Notes: a model not told the origin generated them from the letters alone. Shown: positions 48,592 to 58,714, counted from the first letter of the stretch. The stretch is 64,000 bases of DNA from Deltaproteobacteria bacterium (GCA_040218735.1 JAVJQW010000003.1:85148-149147); one strand, 5' to 3'. A program made the numbers and translations.

Positions 48592-48658
48592 GGCGACGGA
48601 GCGTTGGATCAGGAGCCGAGACCCGGGGGCACCGACGGGAGTTGTCGATCGTGCAACT

Positions 48659-50509
48659 TCACCGACGGCGACGACGGCGCCACAGGAACACGCCGAGGAT
48701 CCCGGCCGCGGGGAGCGCCGGCTCGGCGGTCGTGGTGCAGCCGCAGCCGTTCACGGTCTCGGGCGTCTCCTCCTCGGCGGGGGCCTCGGGGATCGACGGC
48801 GTCTCGGGATTCATCGGTTCCGGCTCGGTAACCGTGGGGGTCGTGGTCTCGGGCGGCGGCAACCACCCCTGCGGCGTCCCGCTCGGTCCCGCGCTCGGCC
48901 CGCTGGGCTGGAGGCTCACACACCGCCCCGCGACGCAGCTCGTCCCCTCCGGGCACGGCTCGGACTCGGCGTCGGGCGTGAACGCGACGTCGAGCGTGAA
49001 GGCGCCGGGGAGCGGGACCAGGTTCGACACGAAGGAGTCCGCGACGAGGTAGTGACGCCCGGGCGCGATGGCCTGAGAGATGGTGCGGTCGTCGCGCGCA
49101 ACACAGCTTGCTTCGTCCGGCGCGGTCAGCAGGTGCAGATCGATGTCCACGCCAGCGCCGTCGGTGACCGTCGCCTCGACGACCCCGGGCTGGCAGACGT
49201 CGAACGCGTACACGATCTCGCGACCGTACTCCGGCGTCCCCGGCGCACAGGCGTAACGATTGAAGTAGTTGGACGGCGCGGTTCGGGTGTCGTCTTCGAC
49301 CGTCGCGGGGAGCGTCAACATCTTCGGCGTCGCGCGCATCCCCTCGCGCCGCACCGGCTCCTCGGTGAAGTACGCGTCGACCACGTCCCACAGCTCGGGG
49401 TACGCGCCGTCGTAGCCAAGCGCCCACATGCCGATGCCGCCGATCTCCTGCTCGAGCGCGAGCTGGTACTTCGCGGCGAGGCTCTCCTCGTCGTCGTACC
49501 ACGCTTGCCGCCAGGACCCGCCGGATTGGTAGACGTAGAACGGGTTCTCGCTGTCGCCGTCGTACTGGCGGGCGCGTCCGGCGGCGAGGGCGTCGCGCGC
49601 GGCGACGTAGGTGCGCGCGGAGCCGTTGCCGGTCGTCGCGGCGTGCATCGCGCTCGAAGTCACCGGCCAATCGCGACCGTAGTACGGGACGCCGAAGACG
49701 ATCACCGCGCGCCGGTCGGCGGGGACGAGCGACGTGTAGTGATCGAGCGTGCGCTGCATCGAAATCGACACGTGCGGCCGCCACGACTCCGTGACGCGCA
49801 GCTGCCCGATGGGTCCGGGCTTGGAGCTCCGCGTCCAGTGGTAGCCGTAACCCATGATGAAGTAGATGTCGGTGTACTCGGAGAGCGCGAGCAGATCGAA
49901 CTCACCCGTCCAGTCGACGGCGGGGCCTGCGATACTCACCACCGCGTTGTCATGTCCGCGCGCCGTGAGTGTCTCGCGCAGCTCGCGGATGTACTGCGTG
50001 AAACAGTCGCGGGTGCCGTCGTTCACGGACTCGAAGTCGACGTTCACGCCGTCGGCGCCGCCGGCTTCCATCGCGTCGATCATGTTGCCGATGCCTCGCG
50101 CGCGGAACGTGTCGTTGCTGCACAGCTGGAGGATCTCGGCGCCGGAGAAGAGCGTGAACGAGACGTCGACCTTCACGCCGTGCTGGTGCGCGGTGTCGAC
50201 GAAGTCGGTGTCGGGCCAACCGTTCGTCGTGCCGAGCGTACCGTCGCCATTCATGTTCACCGAGAAGTAGGCGATGTGCGTCAGCAGATCCCAGCGCACG
50301 TGCTCCCACGCGTCGACCCAGTACGGGTAGTAGCCGTACACCACCCGCTTCACGCGCGGCGTCGCTTCGTCGGCGCGGTGGATGACGGGCGGCGGCGGGA
50401 AGTCGAAGGGTGCGACGTTTTGGTGCGCTTCGAGCGCCTCTTGGTGTGGAGACTGCGCCAGCGCGGTGCTCGGGAGGAGGAGGCCGGCGAGGACGAGCGC
50501 GCGCTTCAC
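48659..50509 (-). CDS. GH18 glycoside hydrolase with MYXO-CTERM sorting signal
   Basis: Signal peptide; DGVNVDFE, MGY, GVPYYG, GIGMWALG; C-terminal GCGC + hydrophobic stretch + RRRRRR. Confidence 0.9.
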   Translation of the reverse strand: MKRALVLAGLLLPSTALAQSPHQEALEAHQNVAPFDFPPPPVIHRADEATPRVKRVVYGYYPYWVDAWEHVRWDLLTHIAYFSVNMNGDGTLGTTNGWPDTDFVDTAHQHGVKVDVSFTLFSGAEILQLCSNDTFRARGIGNMIDAMEAGGADGVNVDFESVNDGTRDCFTQYIRELRETLTARGHDNAVVSIAGPAVDWTGEFDLLALSEYTDIYFIMGYGYHWTRSSKPGPIGQLRVTESWRPHVSISMQRTLDHYTSLVPADRRAVIVFGVPYYGRDWPVTSSAMHAATTGNGSARTYVAARDALAAGRARQYDGDSENPFYVYQSGGSWRQAWYDDEESLAAKYQLALEQEIGGIGMWALGYDGAYPELWDVVDAYFTEEPVRREGMRATPKMLTLPATVEDDTRTAPSNYFNRYACAPGTPEYGREIVYAFDVCQPGVVEATVTDGAGVDIDLHLLTAPDEASCVARDDRTISQAIAPGRHYLVADSFVSNLVPLPGAFTLDVAFTPDAESEPCPEGTSCVAGRCVSLQPSGPSAGPSGTPQGWLPPPETTTPTVTEPEPMNPETPSIPEAPAEEETPETVNGCGCTTTAEPALPAAGILGVFLWRRRRRR

Positions 50510-50561
50510 GCCTCTTGGTTCTCATGCGGTGAAGGCGCCGAGAATCAGACGAGGTTCCGAG

Positions 50562-50605
50562 CGACAGTTCGTCACCCCGAAAGATCCTGACGACAGTTTG
50601 TCACC
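50562..50605. promoter_or_regulatory. Tandem 15-bp sites CGACAGTT(C/T)GTCACC in a divergent promoter region
   Basis: Copies at 50562 and 50591 with one mismatch; each has a GAC-N5-GTC dyad. Confidence 0.5.
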
Positions 50606-50753
50606 TTTTCGGCCCCTTTTGCGTTCGAGGGGAATGAAGCGAGCGCGGCGTTCCGTTGCACCGATGCGCGGACCGTTCCTCGTTCGCGCCGTTACCAACA
50701 ACGTTCTTCGTCGGTGCACCAAAACGGTGCGCGACAGGGGGGAGTCTCGTCAG

Positions 50754-52004
50754 ATGAGTTCAGCCACACAACGCAACACGTATCTGGAGCAGGTCGTTCA
50801 GGAGAAAGCGCAGCTCGAAGCGGACCTGAGAGTACGGAAGTCGGCCGCGCCGCAGGCGATGATTCAGCGCGGCGGAGGCGGTGTGGCGCCGAGCGGTCCC
50901 GCGGCGGACGTTCGCGTGACGGGGTTCTGGCGGTGGAAGAACGTCATCGTGCCCCCGAACGCGTACGTCGTGCACACTCGCCGCGGGCGACCGCACCCGC
51001 TGCACATCGGGCTCGGCGTCTCGTTCCGCTTCGACCCGGTGACCGACGCGTTCCTCGTCGTGCCGGCCGCGATGCAGACGATCATCATCCAGGCGAACTG
51101 CGTGTGCCGTGAGCGTCAGGGGGTGCTCGTGCAGGCGTACGTGCAGTGGCTGATCGACGACTTCGAGACGGCGTACCAGCGGCTCGATCTGTCGGACCCC
51201 GACGAGCCGATGCGCGTCGTCAACGTGCAGCTCCGCGAGCAGGCGGAGGCGGCGATCAAGGACAAGGTCGCGACGATGAGCATCGACGACGTGCTCGCAG
51301 ACAAGCAGCCGATCATCGAGGAGCTCACCACGAGGTTGCGGCACGTCGCGGAGGGCTCCGGCGATCGGCACCGGGGGCTCGGCCTGAAGATCGTGACGGT
51401 GCAGATCAAGGAGGCGGTCGTGTGCTCGCCGACGGTCTGGGAGACGTTGCAGCGCCCGTTCCGCACCGAGCGCGCGCGCGAGGCGCGGCTCGCCGAGCTC
51501 GCGAACCAAGGGGTCGTCGCGGAGCGCGAGACGGCGTCGGCGCGCGAGGCCGCGCGGCGCGACATCGAGACGAGGGCGCAGCGCGAACGGTTGGAGATCG
51601 AGGCGTCGACGGAGCTGGAGGATCGGCGCCGCGAAGCCGAGGTACGGCGCGCGAAGCTGGAGGCCGAGGCGCTCGAGCAGCGCGTCGCGCACGAGCGTCA
51701 GAAGCTCGAGCTCGAAGCGGAGCTGGAGCGGTTGCGCTTGGAGGTCGAGCTCGCGGACGCCGAGGCACGCGCGGCCTCGCGGCACCGCATCGAACGGGAG
51801 GCGGCCGAGCTGTTGGCGGCGCGCCGGCGCATCGACAACGACCGCTCGAAGGAGGCGGTGCAGATGGCGTTGGTGCAGGCGCTCCCGGAGGTCGTTGGCG
51901 CGTTGCCGCGCGCGGATCAGCTGCGGAGCGTGAGCATCGGTGACGGTGCGCTGCGTGGGTTGGCAGCGTCGCTCGCGGAGATCATCGAGAGCCGGGGGAA
52001 CTAG
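50754..52004 (+). CDS. SPFH/band-7 (flotillin-like) protein
   Basis: VPPN..VV, Q.EAAIKD.VATMSI, GLKI.TVQIKE; long E/A/R coiled coil. Confidence 0.85.
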   Translation: MSSATQRNTYLEQVVQEKAQLEADLRVRKSAAPQAMIQRGGGGVAPSGPAADVRVTGFWRWKNVIVPPNAYVVHTRRGRPHPLHIGLGVSFRFDPVTDAFLVVPAAMQTIIIQANCVCRERQGVLVQAYVQWLIDDFETAYQRLDLSDPDEPMRVVNVQLREQAEAAIKDKVATMSIDDVLADKQPIIEELTTRLRHVAEGSGDRHRGLGLKIVTVQIKEAVVCSPTVWETLQRPFRTERAREARLAELANQGVVAERETASAREAARRDIETRAQRERLEIEASTELEDRRREAEVRRAKLEAEALEQRVAHERQKLELEAELERLRLEVELADAEARAASRHRIEREAAELLAARRRIDNDRSKEAVQMALVQALPEVVGALPRADQLRSVSIGDGALRGLAASLAEIIESRGN

Positions 52005-52030
52005 AAGGGACCCGATCATGCTCTGCGGAC

Positions 52031-52139
52031 CCTAGCCCCAGCCCCGGCCCCAGCCCTTTCCGGCTCGCCAAGGACCGCAGCACGACCCGCGGCCCCTGCG
52101 CTCGAGGGGGCAAGGGCTCGGGCTCGGGCTTGGGCTAGG
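52031..52139. repeat. REP-like palindromic element, family B copy 2
   Basis: CCTAGCCCCAGCCCCGGCCCCAGCCCTT...AAGGGCTCGGGCTCGGGCTTGGGCTAGG. Confidence 0.7.
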
Positions 52140-52140
52140 A

Positions 52141-52225
52141 CTTGGCCCTTCACGGTCGCTCGCTTCGCGAGCCACCTGGACACGGTCTTCGGACCGACCG
52201 CTTCGCGCTCGGCCTCAGCCTCGAG
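52141..52225 (-). repeat. 82-bp element family A, diverged inverted copy
   Basis: Reverse complement reads AGGCTGAGGCCGAGCGCGAAGCGGTCGGTCCGAAGACCGTGTCCAGGTGGCTCGCGAAGCGAGCGACCGT. Confidence 0.85.
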
Positions 52226-52240
52226 CGACGGGCGTCCGAC

Positions 52241-52627
52241 TCACCGGAGGTCGCAGCTCGGATCCGTGCACGCGTTCGTGCACTGCGCGCTGTCGTTGCA
52301 CACGACGTCGCAGTCCGCCATGCACGCGGTGATCGCGCACTGGCCGGTCCCCATGCACTCCACGTTGCAGTCCCCCGCCGAGCAGACGACGTTGGTCAGG
52401 CCGTCGGTCGAGCCCTTCACGGTGCAGCCGCCGCCCGGGCAGTCGACGTAACACGCCTCCGAGTCGACGCAGTCGGCCTCGCATCCTCCCGACGGGCACA
52501 GGAGCGAGCAGGGCTGTGAGGAGGAGCAGACACACGTCTCACCCGACAGGCACGACGTCTGAGACGCGCCACACCCCGCGATGAGCATCGTCAGCGCGAT
52601 GGTCAGGACGGGCCACAGGCGGCACAT
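52241..52627 (-). CDS. Small very Cys-rich lipoprotein
   Basis: Lipobox IAGC; periodic C.xxC.xxC repeats. Confidence 0.75.
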   Translation of the reverse strand: MCRLWPVLTIALTMLIAGCGASQTSCLSGETCVCSSSQPCSLLCPSGGCEADCVDSEACYVDCPGGGCTVKGSTDGLTNVVCSAGDCNVECMGTGQCAITACMADCDVVCNDSAQCTNACTDPSCDLR

Positions 52628-52708
52628 GCGGACAAGGATGCCCGGGAGCGACGCATCGCGCAAAAGGACCACGTGACGCACGGCGCTGCGGTGTACCATG
52701 GAGGGCAG

Positions 52709-54235
52709 ATGGCGACACCCAAGGTGATCATCCGTCAGTGCTCCGCGTACGACGTCCAGAAGATCCGCAGAATCGTTCGCGAGGGTCTCGAGGAGCTCGA
52801 GCTCCGGCCGAAGGGGCGCACGCTCCTGAAGCCGAACGTCGTCGCGTCGGGCGAACTGTTCCCGCACGCGTACACGCGACCCGAGTTCGTCGAGGGCGTC
52901 CTGCACGCGCTCAAGGATCGGGACGACGGCATGACGGAGCTCGCGGTCGGCGAGCGCTGCGGCATCACCGTGCCGACGCGTTACTCGTTCAAGGGCGCCG
53001 GCTACTACGAGATGCTCCACCGCGTCCGCGGAGTGAAGGCGTACCACTTCGAGGAGGTCCCGCAGGTCGAGATTCCGCTGTATCACCAGGGGCGGCTCCG
53101 CGATCGGTTCTTCACGCCGGAGCCCGTCGCGCGCGCGGACTTCTTCGTGAACTGCCCGAAGTTCAAGGCGCACCCTTGGACGACGGTGACGTTCAGCATG
53201 AAGAACTACATCGGGATCCAGGACGACCGACACCGCCTCATCGATCACGACCACCAGCTCAACCGGAAGGTCGCGGACCTGCAGTACATCACGCAGCCGC
53301 GCTTCATCGCGATCGACGGCATCATCGCGGGCGAAGGGCGAATGCTGACGCCGACGCCGTTCGACCTGGGCCTGATCATCATGGGCAACAACCAGGCGGC
53401 GTTCGACGCGGTGTGCTCGCGCATCATCGACCTCGACCCGCGCGACATCGAACACATCGCGCTCGCGCACGACCGTGGGTTCGGGCCGATCGACGTCGAC
53501 GACATCACCATCACCGGCGACGTCACGCTGGAAGAAGCGCAGGTGCGCGCCGAAGGGTTCCGCAAGGGCCTCATCCGCGTGGAGGACTACTTCGCGGACA
53601 CCGCGATCCGCGCGTACGGCGGGCGCCCGCCGAGCCAAACCCATGCGTACTGCTGGGGCGGCTGCCCCGGCGCGCTCGAGGAGGCGATCGAGCTGCTTCG
53701 GGTGTTCGACAAACAGACCGACGCGAAGCTCCCGCCGCTGCACATCGTCTTCGGTAAGTACGAAGGCGTGATCGACGCGAAGCCGGACGAGAAGGTCGTA
53801 TTCATCGGGGACTGCGCGGAGTACCGCGGGACGATCGCGGACAAGCCGGTGCAGATCGGTTCGCAGTACGTCGACCGCAGCAACAAGAACCCGCTCGACG
53901 CGAAGAACGACGACATCTTCGCGAAGATGGCGAGCGTCGGCGCGAACATGTGGAAGAACCGCAAGGAGCAAGTCATTCGGCTCGGCGGTTGCCCGGTGAG
54001 TGTGGCCGAGCAGGTGCTCACGCTGGTGAACCTCGGCGGGCTCGACAACCCATACTTCGATCCGAACCTCTCGGTGGAGTTCACGAGCTGTTACCTGTCG
54101 AGCAAGACGCGCACGGCGATCCGTAGGCTGGCCGGGCAGCGGTACCACCAGACGGGTCCCACGGAGCGCGGGGCGTCGCGCCCCGAGCAGAACCTCCCGC
54201 CGAACGGCGTCGCGACTCCGCTCGAGCTGGCATGA
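52709..54235 (+). CDS. DUF362-family protein with C-terminal Cys motifs
   Basis: LLKPN.V, T.PEFV, N.PK.K.H, MKN..G, IDGI..GEG; CWGGCP, GDC and GGCP. Confidence 0.85.
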   Translation: MATPKVIIRQCSAYDVQKIRRIVREGLEELELRPKGRTLLKPNVVASGELFPHAYTRPEFVEGVLHALKDRDDGMTELAVGERCGITVPTRYSFKGAGYYEMLHRVRGVKAYHFEEVPQVEIPLYHQGRLRDRFFTPEPVARADFFVNCPKFKAHPWTTVTFSMKNYIGIQDDRHRLIDHDHQLNRKVADLQYITQPRFIAIDGIIAGEGRMLTPTPFDLGLIIMGNNQAAFDAVCSRIIDLDPRDIEHIALAHDRGFGPIDVDDITITGDVTLEEAQVRAEGFRKGLIRVEDYFADTAIRAYGGRPPSQTHAYCWGGCPGALEEAIELLRVFDKQTDAKLPPLHIVFGKYEGVIDAKPDEKVVFIGDCAEYRGTIADKPVQIGSQYVDRSNKNPLDAKNDDIFAKMASVGANMWKNRKEQVIRLGGCPVSVAEQVLTLVNLGGLDNPYFDPNLSVEFTSCYLSSKTRTAIRRLAGQRYHQTGPTERGASRPEQNLPPNGVATPLELA

Positions 54236-55014
54236 AAGGGAAGTGGTTCGTCGGGCTGGCGTTCGTCATCGCGTGCGCGGCCATCGGTGCGATGGTCGGC
54301 CTGCTGCTGACGGGTGAGGATCCGAAGAAGGTCGTGCAGGACCTGAAGGTCAACAACCTCTACGATCGAATCCCGAAGTTGCAGCTCCCGGCGGTGCTCC
54401 CGTCGAAGGTTATCTACCTGAACCGCGAGGGCGCCGAGATCACCCACGGCGTCGACGAGGCTTCGAAGAACCGGACGAGCCTGGTCCCCAAGGACAAGGC
54501 GGCCGCGTTGATTCCGGCGTTCACCGGGAGCAACTCGACGTGGAACAAACTCGTGAATTGCGTGCGCGAGAAGTTCGAGCGGTACGACGTCGCGGTCGTC
54601 GACCGTCGTCCGATCGATGCGGGTTACATGATGGCGGTCGTCGGTGGGAAAGCCGACGACCTCGGTCGCAAGGAAACCCACCACGCCACCGGTCTCGCTC
54701 CGTTCAACGGAGAACCCATCCCGAACGCGGTCGTGCTCATCTTCTCCGCCGCGCTGAGGAACAACGTCACCGCGATGTGTGAGACGGCGGGGATGGAGAT
54801 CGCGCACGCGTACGGCCTCGACCACGCGCGGCACTGCAGCGACCTGATGACGTACATGAAGCGCTGCGGCGCGCGGACGTTTCTCGACGAGGATCTGAAG
54901 TGCGGCGAGCACAGCGATCGCGACTGCCCGCGCGGCGAGAAGACGCAGAACTCCCACCAGCACCTCGTGAAGCTGCTGGGCCCGAGCGCGAAGAAGATGG
55001 CGTCGCGCAACTGA
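54232..55014 (+). CDS. Membrane-anchored metzincin-like protein
   Basis: MEIAHAYGLDH...DLM (HExxHxxGxxH-like with Met-turn); ATGA overlap with DUF362 gene. Confidence 0.65.
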   Translation: MKGKWFVGLAFVIACAAIGAMVGLLLTGEDPKKVVQDLKVNNLYDRIPKLQLPAVLPSKVIYLNREGAEITHGVDEASKNRTSLVPKDKAAALIPAFTGSNSTWNKLVNCVREKFERYDVAVVDRRPIDAGYMMAVVGGKADDLGRKETHHATGLAPFNGEPIPNAVVLIFSAALRNNVTAMCETAGMEIAHAYGLDHARHCSDLMTYMKRCGARTFLDEDLKCGEHSDRDCPRGEKTQNSHQHLVKLLGPSAKKMASRN

Positions 55015-55018
55015 AGCG

Positions 55019-56167
55019 CTAATACGTTCGCGCGACGACGCGGAAGAACCACTCGAAGAAGCGCCACGACACCGGGCGGGCGCGCCACAGCTGCAGGTCG
55101 ATTCGCTGCGAGCGGTTCCGATCCGCCTCGAACTGCTGCTCCATGATCGTACCCACGCGTTGTCCCGCGATGCCGGCGTTGACTTCGAGGTTTCTGAACG
55201 AGCTGAGGTAGTCGAGGTTGCTCGAACCCACCGTGCTCCACTCCCCGTCGATCACCGCCGTCTTCGCGTGCAGCACCTTCTCGCGCCACTCGTAGATGCG
55301 AACGCCGTTCTTGAGGAACCGTGAGTACAGCGCGCGCGTCGCGTAGAGCGCCGCCTTCACGTCGGTCGAGCCGCCCACCACGATCTCCACGAGCACACCC
55401 CGGTTCGCGGCGCGCACGAGGGCCGTGCGGATGACGCGGTCCGGGATGAAGTAGGCGTTCATGATCCGGATCGACGTCTTCGCGCTGGTGATCGCGAGGA
55501 GGTACGCGCGGCGGATGAACGCGCGATCGCGGCGCGCGAAGTTGCCGAGGAAGCGGACCTCGTCGCCATCGGGGAACTCGGGGGGACGCAGCGGTGACGA
55601 CGTCAGGCGCTCCGCCTTCTCGCGGCGCCACAGCTGACGGAACAGTTGTTCGAGATCGCCGACCGCGGGGCCCTGCACGCAGACCGCGGTGTCGCGCCAA
55701 CCTTCGCCGCCGCGCTCGACGGCGTCGTACTCCGACGCGATGTTCATCCCGCCGACCACGCCGACCTGACCGTCGACGACGAGGATCTTGCGGTGGTTGC
55801 GCTGCGACCACGGCCAGACGCGCTTGGACAACGACAACGGCCGGAAGGCGTGGGTCTTCACCCCCGCCGCATCGAGGAACTGCACGAGGTCTTCGTCGAG
55901 GTCGATCGACCCGAACCCGTCGTACATCATCGCAACCTCGACACCGGCGCGCGCACGCTCGGCCAACGCGTTCGCGACGCGCCAGCCCGTCTTGTCGGCG
56001 GCGACGATGTACGACTCGATGAAGACGTAGCTCTGGGCCGCCTCGATCGCTTCGACGAAGCGGTCGAAGAAGGGCCCACCGTCGATCAGCAGCTCGACCC
56101 GATGGCCGGGCCGAAAGGGTGACACCTTTCTGGAGAACCCGCGGACCAGGATGTCGCGCAGCGCCAC
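55019..56167 (-). CDS. clsB: Cardiolipin synthase B-like phospholipase D
   Basis: Two HKD motifs NHRKILVVDG and LHAKTAVIDG, WRDT, GSSNLD; no N-terminal TM. Confidence 0.85.
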   Translation of the reverse strand: MALRDILVRGFSRKVSPFRPGHRVELLIDGGPFFDRFVEAIEAAQSYVFIESYIVAADKTGWRVANALAERARAGVEVAMMYDGFGSIDLDEDLVQFLDAAGVKTHAFRPLSLSKRVWPWSQRNHRKILVVDGQVGVVGGMNIASEYDAVERGGEGWRDTAVCVQGPAVGDLEQLFRQLWRREKAERLTSSPLRPPEFPDGDEVRFLGNFARRDRAFIRRAYLLAITSAKTSIRIMNAYFIPDRVIRTALVRAANRGVLVEIVVGGSTDVKAALYATRALYSRFLKNGVRIYEWREKVLHAKTAVIDGEWSTVGSSNLDYLSSFRNLEVNAGIAGQRVGTIMEQQFEADRNRSQRIDLQLWRARPVSWRFFEWFFRVVARTY

Positions 56168-56237
56168 CGCCCTGCGTTGTAACGTTGCGGGCGCTCCGCC
56201 TCTAGACCCTCGTCGTAGAAAGGGGGATCGTTCGCGC

Positions 56238-56849
56238 GTGATCGTCGTGCTCGGCACGCGGGCCGGTGTCGGCAAGACGCTGGTCGCGATGACGCTCCTC
56301 CGTCTGGCCGACGCGCTCGAGGTCCGCGCCGCGGGGATGAAACCCGTGCAGGTCGGGTGCCCCTACTCCGACGACCACGACCTGTGGGCCCGCGACGGCG
56401 CCGCGCTGCGGGCCGCCGTGCGCCAGCCGCTCCCGCCGCTGATCACCTCGCCGTACCGCTTCCCTACGAACGACGATCCGGCGACCGCCGCCCGGCGCGC
56501 AGGGCTGGCGCTCACGCTCGAGGATCTCGAGAACGCCGTCGCCGAAGCCCAGGGACGAACGGAGCTGCTGATCGTGGAGGGCACCGGGGGCCTCGACACC
56601 GCGATCGCCGAGGACGGCACTTCGCTCGACTTCGCCCGGCGGCTCGACGGGACGCTGGTGATCGTGGCCGACGACGCGTCGGGGCTCGGCGCCGTCCCCG
56701 ACGACGCCCACGTGATCCTGACACGAACGACGTCGACCGACCCGCGCGTGGTCGCGACGCTCCCGGAGCTCGGCGACACCGACGACCCGCTCGACGCGTT
56801 CCTCGCCGCCGACCTGGGTACGACGCTCATCCGTCCGCACGTCGCGTGA
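56238..56849 (+). CDS. bioD: Dethiobiotin synthase-like protein
   Basis: GT..GVGKT, MKPVQ.G, IVEG.GG; divergent, shortened C-terminus. Confidence 0.75.
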   Translation: MIVVLGTRAGVGKTLVAMTLLRLADALEVRAAGMKPVQVGCPYSDDHDLWARDGAALRAAVRQPLPPLITSPYRFPTNDDPATAARRAGLALTLEDLENAVAEAQGRTELLIVEGTGGLDTAIAEDGTSLDFARRLDGTLVIVADDASGLGAVPDDAHVILTRTTSTDPRVVATLPELGDTDDPLDAFLAADLGTTLIRPHVA

Positions 56850-56897
56850 CGGCGTGCGTTTGCTCCGCCGCCGGGGCGGCGGTAGCGTTCGAAGTCC

Positions 56898-57893
56898 ATG
56901 AAGGTCTCCGTCCTCGGCGCCGGGAGTTGGGGCTCCGCGCTCGCGAAACACTTTGCCGACCAGGGCTACCCGACCCGCCTGTGGGCGCGCCGGGAGGAGC
57001 AGGCCGAGGAGATCCGCACGACGCGCATCAACGGTCGGTACCTGCCGAACCTCCCGATGCCCGACGCACTCACGCCGACGAGTGACCTCCAAGAGGCGCT
57101 GTCGGACGCGGAGATCGTGGTGTCGGTCGTGCCGTCGCAGACGACCCGCGGCGTCTGGGCCGAAGCGCGGGACTTCCTCCCCGCCGGCGTCCCGATCCTC
57201 TGCGCGTCGAAGGGCATCGAGAACGACACACTCGACATGATGGTGACGGTGCTCGAGAACGTGGTGCCCGGGCACCCGATCGGCTTCATTGGCGGGCCGT
57301 CGTTTGCGAAGGAGGTCGCCGGACACCAGCCCACCGCGGTGGTGATCGCTTCGAAGAACCACGACGTCGCAAAGAACGCGCAGGAGCTCATGTCCTGCGA
57401 GTGGCTGCGCGCCTATTCGACGGAGGACGTGGTCGGCGTCGAGATCGGGGGCGCGCTGAAGAACGTCATCGCAATCGCGTGTGGCTGCGCGGACGGGCTC
57501 GGCCTCGGGTTGAACGCCCGCGCCGCGCTGATCACGCGCGGGCTCGCGGAGATCACCCGCGTCGCGGTGAAGATGGGCGCGAACCCCCTCACCCTCGCGG
57601 GCCTCGCCGGGATGGGCGACCTCGTGCTCACGTGCACCGGCGATCTCTCGCGTAACCGCCGCGTCGGGCTCGGGTTGGGCGAAGGGAAGAAGCTCCAGCA
57701 GATCCTCGACGAGATGGGCCAGGTCGCGGAGGGCGTGAAGACCACGCTGTCGGCGCACGACCTATCGGGGCGCGTCGGCGTGGAGATGCCGATCACCCAG
57801 CAGGTGTACAAGATCCTCTACGAGGACAAGCCGGCGAAGGAGGTCGTGCGCGACTTGATGATGCGCGACCTCAAACGCGAGCACGATCACTGA
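56898..57893 (+). CDS. gpsA: NAD(P)H-dependent glycerol-3-phosphate dehydrogenase
   Basis: GAGSWG.ALA, SKGIE, GPSFA.E, GGALKN, GDL.LTC....SRN. Confidence 0.97.
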   Translation: MKVSVLGAGSWGSALAKHFADQGYPTRLWARREEQAEEIRTTRINGRYLPNLPMPDALTPTSDLQEALSDAEIVVSVVPSQTTRGVWAEARDFLPAGVPILCASKGIENDTLDMMVTVLENVVPGHPIGFIGGPSFAKEVAGHQPTAVVIASKNHDVAKNAQELMSCEWLRAYSTEDVVGVEIGGALKNVIAIACGCADGLGLGLNARAALITRGLAEITRVAVKMGANPLTLAGLAGMGDLVLTCTGDLSRNRRVGLGLGEGKKLQQILDEMGQVAEGVKTTLSAHDLSGRVGVEMPITQQVYKILYEDKPAKEVVRDLMMRDLKREHDH

Positions 57894-58714
57894 CCCCACC
57901 AGCGCTCCCAGCGCTTCACCAACGCGCGGCGCTCCCCGGCCTCGACCGCGGTCGGATCGCCGAAGGTCTGTCCGGTGATCCGCTCCAGGATCGAGATCAC
58001 CAAGTCCCCCTGCACATTCGGACGGACGAAGTGCCCCGATCCGGTCGGGACCTCGTAGTCGAGCGAGGGCACCGGGAGGATCGAGCCCACGTGGGACATC
58101 AGCAGGTCGGCGACCGGCTCGCCCGCGTCGACGAGCGCGTCGATCGCCTGCTGCACCAGCTCCGGATCCTCGGAGCGGAGCGCCTCGACCGCGGCGTCGG
58201 CGGCCTCGTGGAAGGCGGGGGCCGCGGCGACTCGCTGCGGGCCGCGGACGAGTTTGGACTCCGCGAAGTCCTCGAACGACGACAGGCTCCCGTCGTCGGC
58301 GAGCCGAACGATCTCACGATCCGCGACGAGGATGTCCGCGGTCGTCGTGCTGATGCCGACGAGGAGCGACCCGTGCGGGAGCAAATCGCCGATCGCGTAG
58401 CTGCGGACGTCCCCGTCCGTGAGGTCCTCGATCAAGGCGCGGCGCTCCTCCCAGGAGCCGTCCATGATCGTTCGTTTCAAACGAACGCCGGGGGCCCAGG
58501 GCGCCGCCTTCACGTCGAAGTCCTCCTCCACGCCGGGGGGGACGACGCGGTCCGCCGCCAGCGGCGCCGCCACCGGCGTCACGAGCGCGGGCGGGTGGAC
58601 GACCTTGGGGGGCGGCGGCTTCGGTAGCTCGGGCACCTCGATCAGGCTCGCGGTCGCGAAGGCGCAGCCGAGCGCGATGACCAACGCGCCGAACGGGAAC
58701 GCGACCTTCTTCAC
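57887..58714 (-). CDS. Membrane-anchored hypothetical protein (GspC-like beta region plus HEAT-like helices)
   Basis: N-terminal TM, Pro linker, Y.IGD.LP.G..L, C-terminal L.RITG..FG...W..WW. Confidence 0.65.
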   Translation of the reverse strand: MKKVAFPFGALVIALGCAFATASLIEVPELPKPPPPKVVHPPALVTPVAAPLAADRVVPPGVEEDFDVKAAPWAPGVRLKRTIMDGSWEERRALIEDLTDGDVRSYAIGDLLPHGSLLVGISTTTADILVADREIVRLADDGSLSSFEDFAESKLVRGPQRVAAAPAFHEAADAAVEALRSEDPELVQQAIDALVDAGEPVADLLMSHVGSILPVPSLDYEVPTGSGHFVRPNVQGDLVISILERITGQTFGDPTAVEAGERRALVKRWERWWGQ

